A stretch of DNA of 64,000 nucleotides from Gammaproteobacteria bacterium (GTDB taxonomy: Bacteria > Pseudomonadota > Gammaproteobacteria > Tenderiales > Tenderiaceae): contig JAJRUN010000052.1 of the NCBI GenBank assembly GCA_024277755.1, forward strand, positions 4,499-68,498, given 5' to 3'. Under the pieces are notes generated by a model that saw only the letters and a list, made by a program, of their open reading frames with translations, had not been told where the DNA came from and searched no databases. The number at the start of each line of letters is the position of its first letter. Positions within the stretch are counted from its first letter, which is position 1. Both the position numbers and the translations under genes were made by a program. This document shows, in pieces, positions 1-9,218 of the stretch.

Positions 1-172
1 TTGATGTAGCCCATATTGGCAAGATTGTGCACTACTTTAACCAAATGGTTCCGCGACACACCATAGCTCTTTGCAATTTCGGTAATAGTCGCCTGCTGGT
101 TTGGACGAATGCCAAGATAAATCAGCACCCGCAGTGAATAATCGGTATAAAGAGTCAGTTGCATATCAACAC
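1..172 (-). CDS. Rrf2-family transcriptional regulator (NsrR/IscR-like), N-terminal part; gene runs off window start
   Basis: Reverse complement of 1-172 translates MQLTLYTDYSLRVLIYLGIRPNQQATITEIAKSYGVSRNHLVKVVHNLANMGYI, a typical Rrf2 winged-helix N-terminus. ATG at about 172; C-terminus outside window. Confidence 0.7.
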
Positions 173-199
173 CGCGCCGTCAGTAAACCTCATAACACT

Positions 200-595
200 C
201 TATACCTGATCCACGGGTTCAATCAACATTGCGGCAGACAAAATCACCAGGCCTCTGGCAATCAAAATTCCTTTACCCTGATTACGGTGCTCACCCCGCG
301 CTTCCTCATCACCCCGCATCAGTTTAATTGCCGATTGAACCTGTAAAAAATAAAGTGCATACAGCACCAGCACCAGTATAAAGTGCATCCAGATCATGAA
401 CGAGAGGATCTCCTCCTGCTCAATCAAACGCCTGTACCAATCCTTGTTCATCACCAGATAAACAGGAAAACCAATATCGATCAACATCACCGACACCACA
501 ACCGGAATATGAAAAATACGGTTTTTAGCCCAAAGAAAGGCCCAGACCATTACGGCATAGGTGGCAATTACAAATATTAACGTTCCACTTATCAC
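200..595 (-). CDS. small integral membrane protein (hypothetical, about 4 TM helices)
   Basis: 131-aa ORF, strongly hydrophobic segments; no recognisable catalytic motif. Confidence 0.4.
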   Translation of the reverse strand: MISGTLIFVIATYAVMVWAFLWAKNRIFHIPVVVSVMLIDIGFPVYLVMNKDWYRRLIEQEEILSFMIWMHFILVLVLYALYFLQVQSAIKLMRGDEEARGEHRNQGKGILIARGLVILSAAMLIEPVDQV

Positions 596-611
596 ACAGC
601 TCTCCTTGCGA

Positions 612-1208
612 CTAAATCAGTTGACGGCTAGTCATGGCGTGTGAAAGTGTGCCACCATCAATATATTCCAGCTCGCCACCCATGGGAACCCCTCGGGCAA
701 TACGACTGGCACTAACCTCATAGGCACGCGCCAATTCAGCAATGTAATGAGCTGTTGCATCCCCTTCCACTGTCGAGTTGGTGGCCAAAATAACTTCACT
801 CACCTCACCTTCTGCCAAGCGAGTAGACAATACATCCAAACCAATTTGATCAGGTCCAATCCCATCAAGTGGTGATAAGTGCCCCATCAAGACAAAATAA
901 AGCCCCTTGAAAATATTAGACTGCTCAATTGCTGCCACGTCAGTCGGCATTTCAACCACACACAACAATGAACGATCACGGCTGAGGCTGGCACAAATCG
1001 AGCACAATTCATGCTCCGTCAGGGTGCGGCAGGAAGCACAGTGACCAACATGCTCAGCAGCCTGATCCAGCGCAGTTGCCAAACATCTGGCGCCATCACG
1101 ATCACGTTCAAGCAAGTGATAGGTCATCCGTTGTGCCGATTTCGGGCCAACACCTGGCAAACAACGCAACGCCTCTATCAGATCAGCAATTAGGGAGGAT
1201 TCTTTCAT
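612..1208 (-). CDS. recR: recombination protein RecR
   Basis: 198 aa. N-terminal [24 protein letters not shown] helix-hairpin-helix, C4 zinc finger (CASC...CSIC), Toprim C-terminus. Conserved dnaX-ybaB-recR order. Confidence 0.9.
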   Translation of the reverse strand: MKESSLIADLIEALRCLPGVGPKSAQRMTYHLLERDRDGARCLATALDQAAEHVGHCASCRTLTEHELCSICASLSRDRSLLCVVEMPTDVAAIEQSNIFKGLYFVLMGHLSPLDGIGPDQIGLDVLSTRLAEGEVSEVILATNSTVEGDATAHYIAELARAYEVSASRIARGVPMGGELEYIDGGTLSHAMTSRQLI

Positions 1209-1289
1209 TCAAAACTCGCTGCGATAGCGGCATATTAATGTTTAAGGGTTGTCAAAAGCAGAGGCATTGCCCCCTCTCTTGCATTCAAT

Positions 1290-1622
1290 CTAGAAAGGAA
1301 GTTTCATTCCCGGTGGCAATCCCATGCCGTCGGTCATTCCCGACATTCTTTCCTGTGACATTTTCTCCACCAGACGAACCGCATCATTGACCGCCGCAGC
1401 CAGCAGATCTTCTACAATTTCTTTGTCATCCTTCATTAAGCTTGGATCAATGGAAACGCGGCGCACATCATGACGTCCCGTCATCACCACACTCACCAGA
1501 CCACCACCCGCTTCACCGGTTACTTCCATATTGGCCAGTTCTTCCTGGGCCTTTTGCATGTTTTCCTGCATCTTCTGGGCCTGTTTCATCAGCCCACCTA
1601 AACCACCTTTTAACATAATCAA
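1290..1622 (-). CDS. ybaB: nucleoid-associated protein YbaB/EbfC
   Basis: About 108 aa with [24 protein letters not shown] signature; sits between dnaX and recR. True start probably the third Met (about 1616). Confidence 0.9.
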   Translation of the reverse strand: MIMLKGGLGGLMKQAQKMQENMQKAQEELANMEVTGEAGGGLVSVVMTGRHDVRRVSIDPSLMKDDKEIVEDLLAAAVNDAVRLVEKMSQERMSGMTDGMGLPPGMKLPF

Positions 1623-1651
1623 CCTCTTTCAGTATTTGTCGTGATAAATGA

Positions 1652-3286
1652 TTACTCAATCGGTCGCACAGAGTCAGTCACAACCTGCGCATTAAAACTT
1701 TCCTGAATACGGCGCACATTTGGATCCGCATTAATGGCATCAACTGCCGCCTGCTGCTTATTCTCGGCCTGGCGTTTGTCTATCACGGCAGGCGTATGTT
1801 GCGTTTGAGTGCCTGCTGCAATGCTAAATTCCAATTTAATCGGCTCGCCAAAATACGTTTGCAAGGCCGCTTGCAACTGCATCTCCAATGATTTTCTACG
1901 CAACGAGGCATGCTGAGATGACAAGGCCAGCCGGATAACACCATTATCACGACTAATCATTTCTGAATTGGCAGCCAGTTGTTGCGCCATTCCCTTCAGC
2001 CCCAACTGGGCGACAATTTTATGCCATGACCCTGTCACTGCTGGACCGCGCTCCGCTATAGCAGATTTAACCGGTGCTGCAGAAGCCGTATTAGAATAAG
2101 CCTTAGAGGTAACGACCGGGGGCTGAGAGTTTTTCTGTGAAACCTGCTTCGGTGCGGTGTTTGAGGTTTGTATTTGTGTTTGTTGCAGACCGGATTGACT
2201 GCTGGCATCTGGACGAAAAGCCAGCATGCGCAACATAATCATCTCAAAACCGCTGCGCAGCTCAGGCGCAAAAGGCAAGTCGCGTCGACCAATCAAGCCA
2301 ATTTGATAATAAAGTTGGATATCTTCCTGCGGAATAGCTTGTGCAAGCGCGGTAATCGCCTCTTGTTCAGCGAGCCCTTCAGCCGTTTGTGGCACCACCT
2401 GTGCCAACGCTAATTTATGCAGTTGCGACACCAGCTCTGCCAGTACAGCAGTGAAATCAACCCCCTGCTGGGCCAGACCATTAATCGTCTCCAGAATGCT
2501 GGCGGCATCAGCATCAGCCAGTCCCTGCAATAATTTATAGACATGGCGGCGATCGACCGTGCCAAGCATGGCCCGCACCTCGTCGTCTACCAGCTTACCA
2601 CCGCCATAGGCAATGGCCTGATCCAGCAGGCTCAGAGCATCACGCATACTGCCATCAGCGCCTTCCGAAATCTGAGCAATGGCAGGTTTATCGAAACTAA
2701 TCCCCTCTTCACCCAGCACATATTCAAGGTGGCCGGCAATCATTTCCGGCGCCATGCGCTTTAGATTGAACTGCAGGCAACGAGACAAAATAGTCACAGG
2801 CAACTTCTGAGGATCGGTGGTCGCAAGCAGAAATTTCACATGTGGCGGAGGCTCTTCCAAGGTCTTCAATAAGGCATTGAAACTGTGGGTTGAGAGCATA
2901 TGCACCTCATCGATCAGATAGACCTTGAAGCGACCACGGGTCGGGGCATACTGGACATTTTCCAGCAGTTCACGGGTATCTTCAACTTTAGTGCGAGAAG
3001 CCGCATCCACCTCGATCAGATCAACAAAACGACCCTGATCAATCTCGGTACAGGCACTACACACACCGCATGGGCTGTAAGTAATCCCTTTTTCACAGTT
3101 CAATGATTTGGCAAAGATGCGCGCCACCGTGGTTTTGCCAACCCCACGAGTACCCGTGAAGAGATAGGCATGATGCAAGCGGTCATTGTCCAGGGCATTA
3201 ATCAGGGCACGCAGCACATGTTCCTGCCCAATCATGGCCGGAAAGCTCTTCGGCCGCCACTTTCGTGCCAGAACCTGGTAACTCAT
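1652..3286 (-). CDS. dnaX: DNA polymerase III subunit gamma/tau
   Basis: 544 aa. AAA+ clamp-loader motifs (GTRGVGKTT Walker A, DEVHML Walker B, SRC motif), zinc-binding cysteines, C-terminal tau-like low-complexity region. Confidence 0.9.
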   Translation of the reverse strand: MSYQVLARKWRPKSFPAMIGQEHVLRALINALDNDRLHHAYLFTGTRGVGKTTVARIFAKSLNCEKGITYSPCGVCSACTEIDQGRFVDLIEVDAASRTKVEDTRELLENVQYAPTRGRFKVYLIDEVHMLSTHSFNALLKTLEEPPPHVKFLLATTDPQKLPVTILSRCLQFNLKRMAPEMIAGHLEYVLGEEGISFDKPAIAQISEGADGSMRDALSLLDQAIAYGGGKLVDDEVRAMLGTVDRRHVYKLLQGLADADAASILETINGLAQQGVDFTAVLAELVSQLHKLALAQVVPQTAEGLAEQEAITALAQAIPQEDIQLYYQIGLIGRRDLPFAPELRSGFEMIMLRMLAFRPDASSQSGLQQTQIQTSNTAPKQVSQKNSQPPVVTSKAYSNTASAAPVKSAIAERGPAVTGSWHKIVAQLGLKGMAQQLAANSEMISRDNGVIRLALSSQHASLRRKSLEMQLQAALQTYFGEPIKLEFSIAAGTQTQHTPAVIDKRQAENKQQAAVDAINADPNVRRIQESFNAQVVTDSVRPIE

Positions 3287-3401
3287 TCGTTACCCCGAAT
3301 AAAGGGGGTGATGTCAGAAATAGTAATTAACATGGGGCACGATTCTACCCCAAAAAAGGGCTAATCACACGATTGGAAATAACTGAAAATACAGTCAATT
3401 A

Positions 3402-3518
3402 GGTGGCGGCCCACGCCCGCCGCTCCCCGGCACACGAGTCTGTTACTACCGTTGCTCCCTTCCAGGCCTGGCGGAGTTCGTAACGTATCGTTGCGGGGTG
3501 ACCGACGCGAGCCACCAT
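3402..3518 (-). ncRNA. ffs: signal recognition particle RNA (4.5S RNA, small bacterial type)
   Basis: Minus-strand transcript GGUGGCUCGCG...CCCCGCAACG...CCAGGCCUGGAAGGGAGCAACGG...CUCGUGUGCCGGGGAGC...GGGCCGCCACC. It aligns block-by-block with E. coli 4.5S RNA (CCCGCAACG, CCAGGUCAGGUCCGGAAGGAAGCAGC, GCGUGUGCCGGGA; 5' and 3' ends pair). Typical position immediately upstream of dnaX. Confidence 0.85.
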
Positions 3519-3577
3519 AAACTGGGTTCATCTGAAACAACTGCTAAGTTCAAACGAAGACGAATTCTAGCACAGCC

Positions 3578-3607
3578 AAACAAAAAAAGGGCTGTTTAGC
3601 CCCTTCG
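3578..3607 (-). terminator. putative rho-independent terminator after the cNMP-binding protein gene
   Basis: On the minus strand a GC stem (GGGCU/AGCCC with extensions) is followed by UUUUUUUG, directly 3' of the ORF ending at 3626. Confidence 0.45.
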
Positions 3608-3625
3608 ACTGTCATCACCCGGCAA

Positions 3626-4108
3626 TCAGTACCTGCCGTGGGTCTTGTTAATGTAGTTAGATAACTGATCTTTTTCCTGATTCATACGTAACAGGTTTGA
3701 ATGGGTAATGCGAAAGATAGAGCGCATCACTTTATAAACAATGCCGGGATGCTTTTCCAACAGTGACTCGAAGGCATCCGGTTCAAGGGTATAAACAACT
3801 GAATCGCCCTCTGCTTCCAGGGTTGCCTTACGCGGGCTGCGATCAACAAAGGCACGAGTACCTGCTACTTCCCCTACTTTCATGGTGTAGACGTGTTGTT
3901 GCTCACCCTCGGTCTCACTCACTACCTTTAGTTTGCCTTCCACTAAAACAAACAAGGTGTGCTCTGTGCCACTCTCATCAACCAGGCGTTCCCCCGCCTT
4001 TAGCTCACGTACATTCATAATACTGCTCAAAATTTCACATTCCTTGAGGGTCAACTCACCACCAAGAACAGATGAGCCAATCTTTTCAAAGTCTGGTTTA
4101 CGGGCCAT
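3626..4108 (-). CDS. stand-alone cyclic-nucleotide-binding (cNMP/CAP-effector) domain protein
   Basis: 160 aa. Beta-roll signature (GE..AL...RSATA-like: VGEVAGTRAFVDRSPRKATLEA) and a C-terminal helix, but no HTH DNA-binding domain. Confidence 0.75.
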   Translation of the reverse strand: MARKPDFEKIGSSVLGGELTLKECEILSSIMNVRELKAGERLVDESGTEHTLFVLVEGKLKVVSETEGEQQHVYTMKVGEVAGTRAFVDRSPRKATLEAEGDSVVYTLEPDAFESLLEKHPGIVYKVMRSIFRITHSNLLRMNQEKDQLSNYINKTHGRY

Positions 4109-4299
4109 TGTTAGTACTCTCCTTGTTTATTGTTTGATTATTGTAGCGAGCAATTGTTACATTTCTTTACTTTTAGCCATTTAAATCACATGGTTATAGC
4201 TTGATTTAATAAATATGCTTGGCAATAGCATATAATGCATTACATTATTTTGTCGTCACTAAATCATAGTAAATGACAATTAATCACACCAACATATGA

Positions 4300-4605
4300 A
4301 TGGAGATTAAGAAAATGGCTGCAACAGTAGACGAACTAACCATTGAGTATTCTGAAGATGATCAGACCCTGGTCAAAGAGCTGGATAAAAAAATCCTGAC
4401 CAAAGGTGCCTGGGCGACGTTGATCTATCGTTATCAGGACTGGGATGCCAAAAAAGAGGAATTTGCTAAAGAAAAATATACTATCCGTCGCTATCAAAAG
4501 CGCAATGGTGAATACATGCAGAAGTCAAAATTCAATATTTCCAGCGCCGATCAGGCCAAGGCCATCATTGAAGCGCTTCAGGGCTGGGTTGACGAAGTAG
4601 AATAG
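4300..4605 (+). CDS. hypothetical small acidic/basic cytoplasmic protein
   Basis: 101-aa ORF (start may be Met6 at 4315); no recognisable family. Followed by a strong terminator. Confidence 0.4.
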   Translation: MEIKKMAATVDELTIEYSEDDQTLVKELDKKILTKGAWATLIYRYQDWDAKKEEFAKEKYTIRRYQKRNGEYMQKSKFNISSADQAKAIIEALQGWVDEVE

Positions 4606-4625
4606 GCAACAGCACTATTCAACGC

Positions 4626-4651
4626 AAAAACCGCCGTAACGGCGGTTTTTT
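4626..4651 (+). terminator. rho-independent terminator
   Basis: AAAAACCGCCGTAACGGCGGTTTTTT: perfect 8-bp GC-rich stem, 4-nt loop, T-tract. Confidence 0.7.
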
Positions 4652-4753
4652 AATGTCTGTAACCACACTCTTGCATATACTGCTGTATGTATAATACGAA
4701 AGACAAAGCATTAACCCTCCTCCAACAACCCCGGCAATGAATATTCAACAGCC

Positions 4754-6469
4754 ATGAACAAATCAAAAAGTATCCTGCCAATCATGGACTGGTTACCAAC
4801 ATACCGGCGTGAACTGCTTGCCGGGGATATCAATGCCGGAATTATTGTCACTATCGTACTCATCCCCCAGGCGATGGCTTATGCAATGCTTGCTGGCCTG
4901 CCTCCACAGGTTGGCCTTTACTCATGCTTATTGCCAATCATGCTCTATGCCTTGTTTGGCAGCAGCCGCAGCTTGGCGATTGGCCCCGTGGGGTTAGTCT
5001 CACTCATTGTTGGCTCTACCATTATAGAAATGAATCTGCAGGGACAGGCGCAAACGCTGACTGTAGCTGTCACGCTGGCATGTATGTCCGGGATCTTACT
5101 GCTATTGATGCGGATATTAAAACTGGGCTCTGTGATCAATTTTATCAGCCATCCAGTGCTATCCGGTTTTACTAGCGCCGCCGCCATACTCATCATTTTA
5201 AGCCAACTCAAGCACCTGCTTGGCCTGGAGACACCCAGGGCAATACATCTGCCAGAAGCGCTGACCACCATTACCACCCATCTGAATGAAACAAATCTGA
5301 CAACTGCCATGCTTGGAATTGGCGGCATTGCCATTATGTGGCTGCTGCGAAGACTTGCTGACTCAAAACAATCAACCAACCTCATTAACATTCTCGCTCG
5401 CACAGGGCCGTTAATTATTGTTAGCAGCGGAATCGTTATTGTCTGGTGGCTAGCGCTGGACAAGACAGCCAACGTCAACATTGTGGGTGCCATACCCGCT
5501 GGTCTACCGACCTTATCCATTCCAAGCATAGACATCGCTATGATCAGAGAGTTGTTTCCTGCCGCTTTTATCATCGCCATCGTCGGTTATTTAGGAAACA
5601 TCTCTGTAGCCAAAACATTGGCAACACGAAAACGACAAAAGATCGATGCCGATCAAGAATTGTTGGCACACGGCATCTGCAACCTTGGTGCCTCGATCTC
5701 AGGTGGTTATCCAATCGCTGGCGGCTTTGGCCGCTCAATGGTCAACTACGAGTCCGGCGCTAATACACCGATGGCATCAGTCATCACGGCTGCCCTGATG
5801 TCCGTGGCATTATTATTTTTAACACCACTGCTATATTTTCTGCCACACAGCGTACTTGCAGCCATCATCATTGTCTCGGTCAGTACATTAATTGACTACA
5901 GGGCATTCAAACATGCCTGGTTATATGATAAGGCCGATGCACTGGCACTGCTAGTGACATTTTTTATGGTATTAACACTGGGCGTCGAGGTCGGCATTCT
6001 GACCGGGGCAAGTCTTTCAATTGGTATTTATTTACACCGCAGCAGCAAACCTCATGTTGCAGTGATTGGCCGTGTTGGCGACAGCGAACACTTTCGTAAT
6101 GTAGATAGATTTAAAGTTAAAACCTGTGAGCACGTCATCGCCATGCGTGTTGATGAAAATCTCTATTTTTCCAACACCAATTTTATTGAAGACGCCATCA
6201 TTAATCTAATTGCCGAAAACCAACAGGCTAAACATCTGGTGATTGTCTGCAGCTCGGTGAATATGATTGATGCCAGCGCCCTGGAAGCATTGGATAGCAT
6301 TGTAGATCGCCTTAGACAAGCCGGTGTCACCATGCACCTGGCAGAGGTTAAAGGGCCGGTGATGGATCGTCTGGAAAAGTCGCCCTTTCTACAACGTCTT
6401 CAGCCTGGGCAGGTATTTCTCAGCACACACGAGGCGATGATGAAGCTCGGTTGTGGCTTGGGCAATTAA
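4754..6469 (+). CDS. SulP-family inorganic anion (sulfate/bicarbonate) transporter with C-terminal STAS domain
   Basis: 571 aa; about 10-12 TM helices then a STAS domain (VIAMRVDENLYFSN...). Typical SulP architecture. Confidence 0.85.
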   Translation: MNKSKSILPIMDWLPTYRRELLAGDINAGIIVTIVLIPQAMAYAMLAGLPPQVGLYSCLLPIMLYALFGSSRSLAIGPVGLVSLIVGSTIIEMNLQGQAQTLTVAVTLACMSGILLLLMRILKLGSVINFISHPVLSGFTSAAAILIILSQLKHLLGLETPRAIHLPEALTTITTHLNETNLTTAMLGIGGIAIMWLLRRLADSKQSTNLINILARTGPLIIVSSGIVIVWWLALDKTANVNIVGAIPAGLPTLSIPSIDIAMIRELFPAAFIIAIVGYLGNISVAKTLATRKRQKIDADQELLAHGICNLGASISGGYPIAGGFGRSMVNYESGANTPMASVITAALMSVALLFLTPLLYFLPHSVLAAIIIVSVSTLIDYRAFKHAWLYDKADALALLVTFFMVLTLGVEVGILTGASLSIGIYLHRSSKPHVAVIGRVGDSEHFRNVDRFKVKTCEHVIAMRVDENLYFSNTNFIEDAIINLIAENQQAKHLVIVCSSVNMIDASALEALDSIVDRLRQAGVTMHLAEVKGPVMDRLEKSPFLQRLQPGQVFLSTHEAMMKLGCGLGN

Positions 6470-6471
6470 GT

Positions 6472-6891
6472 CTATGGGTTGCGTTCGAATATCAGTCGAT
6501 GAACCATAAAACCGGCAATCATGGCAATCATGGCAAACAGTGGATATGTCAAACCAAACCCCAATGCTGTGATAACAGGCCCAGGACAATAACCAATCAA
6601 ACCCCAGCCGACACCAAACAGCGATGCTCCCAACAGTAAACGGTTATCGACAGATGAACTGCCCGGCAATTTAAAATCAGCGGAGAAGATGGGGGTCTGG
6701 CGTTTCAATACCAGACGAAAGGCCAACATGGTGACACCAACAGCCCCCCCCATCACCAGCATCAGACTGGGATCCCAATTACCGCTAATATCCAGAAAAT
6801 TAAACACCTTGGTTGGTGAAGCCATCTCTGACACACACAATCCCAAACCAAACAACAAACCAGAAATTAACGCTAAAATGTTGTGTTTCAT
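6472..6891 (-). CDS. YeeE/YedE-family (DUF395, sulfur-compound transport-related) membrane protein, half 2
   Basis: Likely starts MKHNILALISGLLFGLGL (ORF track gives a longer upstream extension); 4 TM helices with GxGxGLxGYCPG-type motif. Confidence 0.7.
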   Translation of the reverse strand: MKHNILALISGLLFGLGLCVSEMASPTKVFNFLDISGNWDPSLMLVMGGAVGVTMLAFRLVLKRQTPIFSADFKLPGSSSVDNRLLLGASLFGVGWGLIGYCPGPVITALGFGLTYPLFAMIAMIAGFMVHRLIFERNP

Positions 6892-6893
6892 GC

Positions 6894-7319
6894 CTAGCCT
6901 CCAAACACATGGCGCATAACGTAAACCGTCACAAACCCTGCAGCCATAAATACGCAGGTTGCAACAATAGAGCGCAGAGAGATAAAACCAATCCCGCAAA
7001 CGCCATGGCCACTAGTGCAACCTCCGCCCATCCGAGTGCCAAATCCGACCAGAAAAGCGCCTATGACCAAGACCAGCAACGACACCTCGGTGCTATTTTC
7101 AAAGCCTCCTGGGCCAAAAAACTGATACAAGGCACCACTCATAATCATGCCAACCACAAACATCAGGCGCCACAAACGATCACCAGCAGGCTGAACAAAA
7201 ATACCGCTGAGAATACCGCTGACACCGGCTATTCGACCATTGAACAGCAACAGCAACGTCGCACTCAAACCAATTAGAACGCCGCCTATCAGTGCGGAAA
7301 CGGGGGTGAAGTTTTCCAT
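6894..7319 (-). CDS. YeeE/YedE-family (DUF395) membrane protein, half 1
   Basis: 141 aa with the hallmark GGGCTSGHG motif in a TM region. Adjacent to its partner with a 2-nt gap. Confidence 0.75.
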   Translation of the reverse strand: MENFTPVSALIGGVLIGLSATLLLLFNGRIAGVSGILSGIFVQPAGDRLWRLMFVVGMIMSGALYQFFGPGGFENSTEVSLLVLVIGAFLVGFGTRMGGGCTSGHGVCGIGFISLRSIVATCVFMAAGFVTVYVMRHVFGG

Positions 7320-7507
7320 CTATAATTCCAAATATCTATTAAGTTTATGCTTTATATGTATTTTTATTATTTATAAATCACGTAGAATCAAACAGAAATA
7401 TACAATCTGCCAGCCATTGGCCTCGGGATTATACGCATTTTCATCAGATACTAATATTCTATTCACCATTTAGATCGCATGTAACGCCACAACAATCGGA
7501 CAAAACC

Positions 7508-8041
7508 ATGTCAAAATTTAAACAAATTCTTTTTGTACTAGCGCTTTTTTCCATTTCAATAAATGTATCCGCCTACACCCTGGAACTCAGCAAGGCTGAA
7601 CTGGAGCATTATGCTCAGGCATACTTCCCGGTTACCCAGCAAACACCTTTTTCAAGGGTTCGTTATTCCAGCCCTAAAGTTGTATTAGATGAAAAAACCA
7701 ATCGAATCGGCCTTGAAGTAACCGTTCATGCAGAAATGCCAGGAATGATGGCTATCGCAGGGCGCGGCCAGATTGATGGCCAACTGGAATACCGGCAACA
7801 AAGCCATCAGTTTTATCTTCATGACCCTAAACTCAAAAATGTACGCTTTGCCAATACCAGCTATGAACTGGCAAACAGCATTCAACAGCTGGTAAACAGT
7901 ATGAGCCAGCAAACATTGCCAATGATTTTTGTTTATGAACTAACAGACCATGATCTGCGCCAGAAAATGGCAAAGAGTGTTCTCAAGTCGGCGACAGTCC
8001 AACAAGGGAAGTTGCACCTGGAAATGGATTTGCCTTTTTAA
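7508..8041 (+). CDS. DUF1439/YceB-like secreted lipoprotein-type protein
   Basis: 177 aa, signal peptide MSKFKQILFVLALFSISINVSA. Size and motif pattern resemble the YceB/DUF1439 family. Confidence 0.5.
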   Translation: MSKFKQILFVLALFSISINVSAYTLELSKAELEHYAQAYFPVTQQTPFSRVRYSSPKVVLDEKTNRIGLEVTVHAEMPGMMAIAGRGQIDGQLEYRQQSHQFYLHDPKLKNVRFANTSYELANSIQQLVNSMSQQTLPMIFVYELTDHDLRQKMAKSVLKSATVQQGKLHLEMDLPF

Positions 8042-8076
8042 GTTTTATTTTTAACGGTGGTATACGGTGAAAAAAC

Positions 8077-8475
8077 ATGAACTATAAAGCTGCATTCGTA
8101 ACAGCCTTGATTGTTAGCCTTACAGCCTTAGTGATGCCTGGTTCTGTATTAGCCTTGGCACTGGCTGATATAGAAATTCACTCGACACTCAATCAACCCT
8201 TGCATGCCACTATCCCTGTTACAGCAACTAAAGCAGAGCTAGATTTATTGGACCTAGGTCTTGCTTCAAAAAAGACATTTCTACGCACAGATATTGAGCG
8301 TAAAAAAATATTGAATTCCTTGATCATTGAATTAATCAGAACAGGCCAATCACCTTATATTAAGGTCACCTCAAAAAAGTTAATTCGTGAACCCTTACTG
8401 GAATTTATACTCTCCATTGACTCTGGCAATGGTCGTATGTTTCGCAGTTATTCGATATTTCTTTCACCCCGATAA
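8077..8475 (+). CDS. FimV N-terminal-domain-like secreted protein (truncated or stand-alone)
   Basis: Signal peptide, then LALADIEIHSTLNQPLHATIPV and IKVTSKKLIREPLLEFILSIDSGNGRMFRSYSIFLSPR. These match the two conserved blocks of the FimV periplasmic N-terminal domain (LGLGEITLKSALNQPLDAEIEL ... IRVTSSKPVQEPYLNFLVQV..NGRLLREYTVLLDPP). No LysM, TM or TPR parts follow. Confidence 0.6.
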   Translation: MNYKAAFVTALIVSLTALVMPGSVLALALADIEIHSTLNQPLHATIPVTATKAELDLLDLGLASKKTFLRTDIERKKILNSLIIELIRTGQSPYIKVTSKKLIREPLLEFILSIDSGNGRMFRSYSIFLSPR

Positions 8476-8547
8476 TCGATCATCAACAGACATAAAAACA
8501 CCGTCCGTCTGGCACTATGTTTTATAAACCAAGATCTAAAAAAGGCT

Positions 8548-9138
8548 TTATGATTTCTTCAAAAAACAGGTCAACAAAACAATTCGCATACCATTAACAC
8601 GACCTTCAATCTGCTCAGGGTTGGAGGTCAAAGAAATACCCCGTACCGCTGTTCCACGTTTAGCAGTAAAGCCAGCGCCCTTAACATCAAGGTCTTTGAT
8701 GAGCGTAACTGTGTCACCATCCTGCAATATATTGCCATTACTGTCTTTGGTTGGCACTACGTCATCATAACTTTCATCAGACACAGCCTCAGCCCACTCT
8801 CTTAGTTTATCATCAAGATAGAGCATTTCAAACAGATCCTGCGCCCAACTCTCGGTTGAAAGACGCTTTAAAAGACGCCAGGCCATGACCTGAACGACAG
8901 GCACCTGACTCCACATGCTGTCATTCAAACAACGCCAGTGATTGACATCCATATCGCCAGGATTATTGATTTGCCCATGACAGGCATCGCAAATCATGAT
9001 GCTGCTATCTGCATTAGGGGTGCTAACAGGCGGCACTTCATAAACCGTCAGATTTGAGTCAGAAGAGCAGAGCTCACACTTTGAGCCACAGCGCTGCATT
9101 AATGTCTGTTCGGTATTCATTCGAGCGGATTCCTTCAA
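8548..9138 (-). CDS. PhnA-domain protein (zinc-ribbon N-terminus plus PhnA/YjdC C-terminal domain)
   Basis: C-terminus KDSNGNILQDGDTVTLIKDLDVKGAGFTAKRGTAVRGI...RIVLLTCFLKKS matches the PhnA C-terminal domain; N-terminal Cys4 ribbon (CELC...CDAC). Confidence 0.7.
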   Translation of the reverse strand: MKESARMNTEQTLMQRCGSKCELCSSDSNLTVYEVPPVSTPNADSSIMICDACHGQINNPGDMDVNHWRCLNDSMWSQVPVVQVMAWRLLKRLSTESWAQDLFEMLYLDDKLREWAEAVSDESYDDVVPTKDSNGNILQDGDTVTLIKDLDVKGAGFTAKRGTAVRGISLTSNPEQIEGRVNGMRIVLLTCFLKKS

Positions 9139-9218
9139 GTCTTGTGCGCGGGGATTATGCCTTTATATCCCAATAAAAAATAGCGTATTACACGGATTTC
9201 TGCGGCCAAATGGCAAGC

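Noticed and set aside
1652-3286. Looked for the A-AAA-AAG programmed -1 frameshift site that makes the gamma subunit in E. coli dnaX
   Set aside because: No aaaaaag heptamer seen in the coding strand by eye (closest is gaaaaaggg around 3085, in a different context). Tau/gamma production by frameshifting cannot be supported here.
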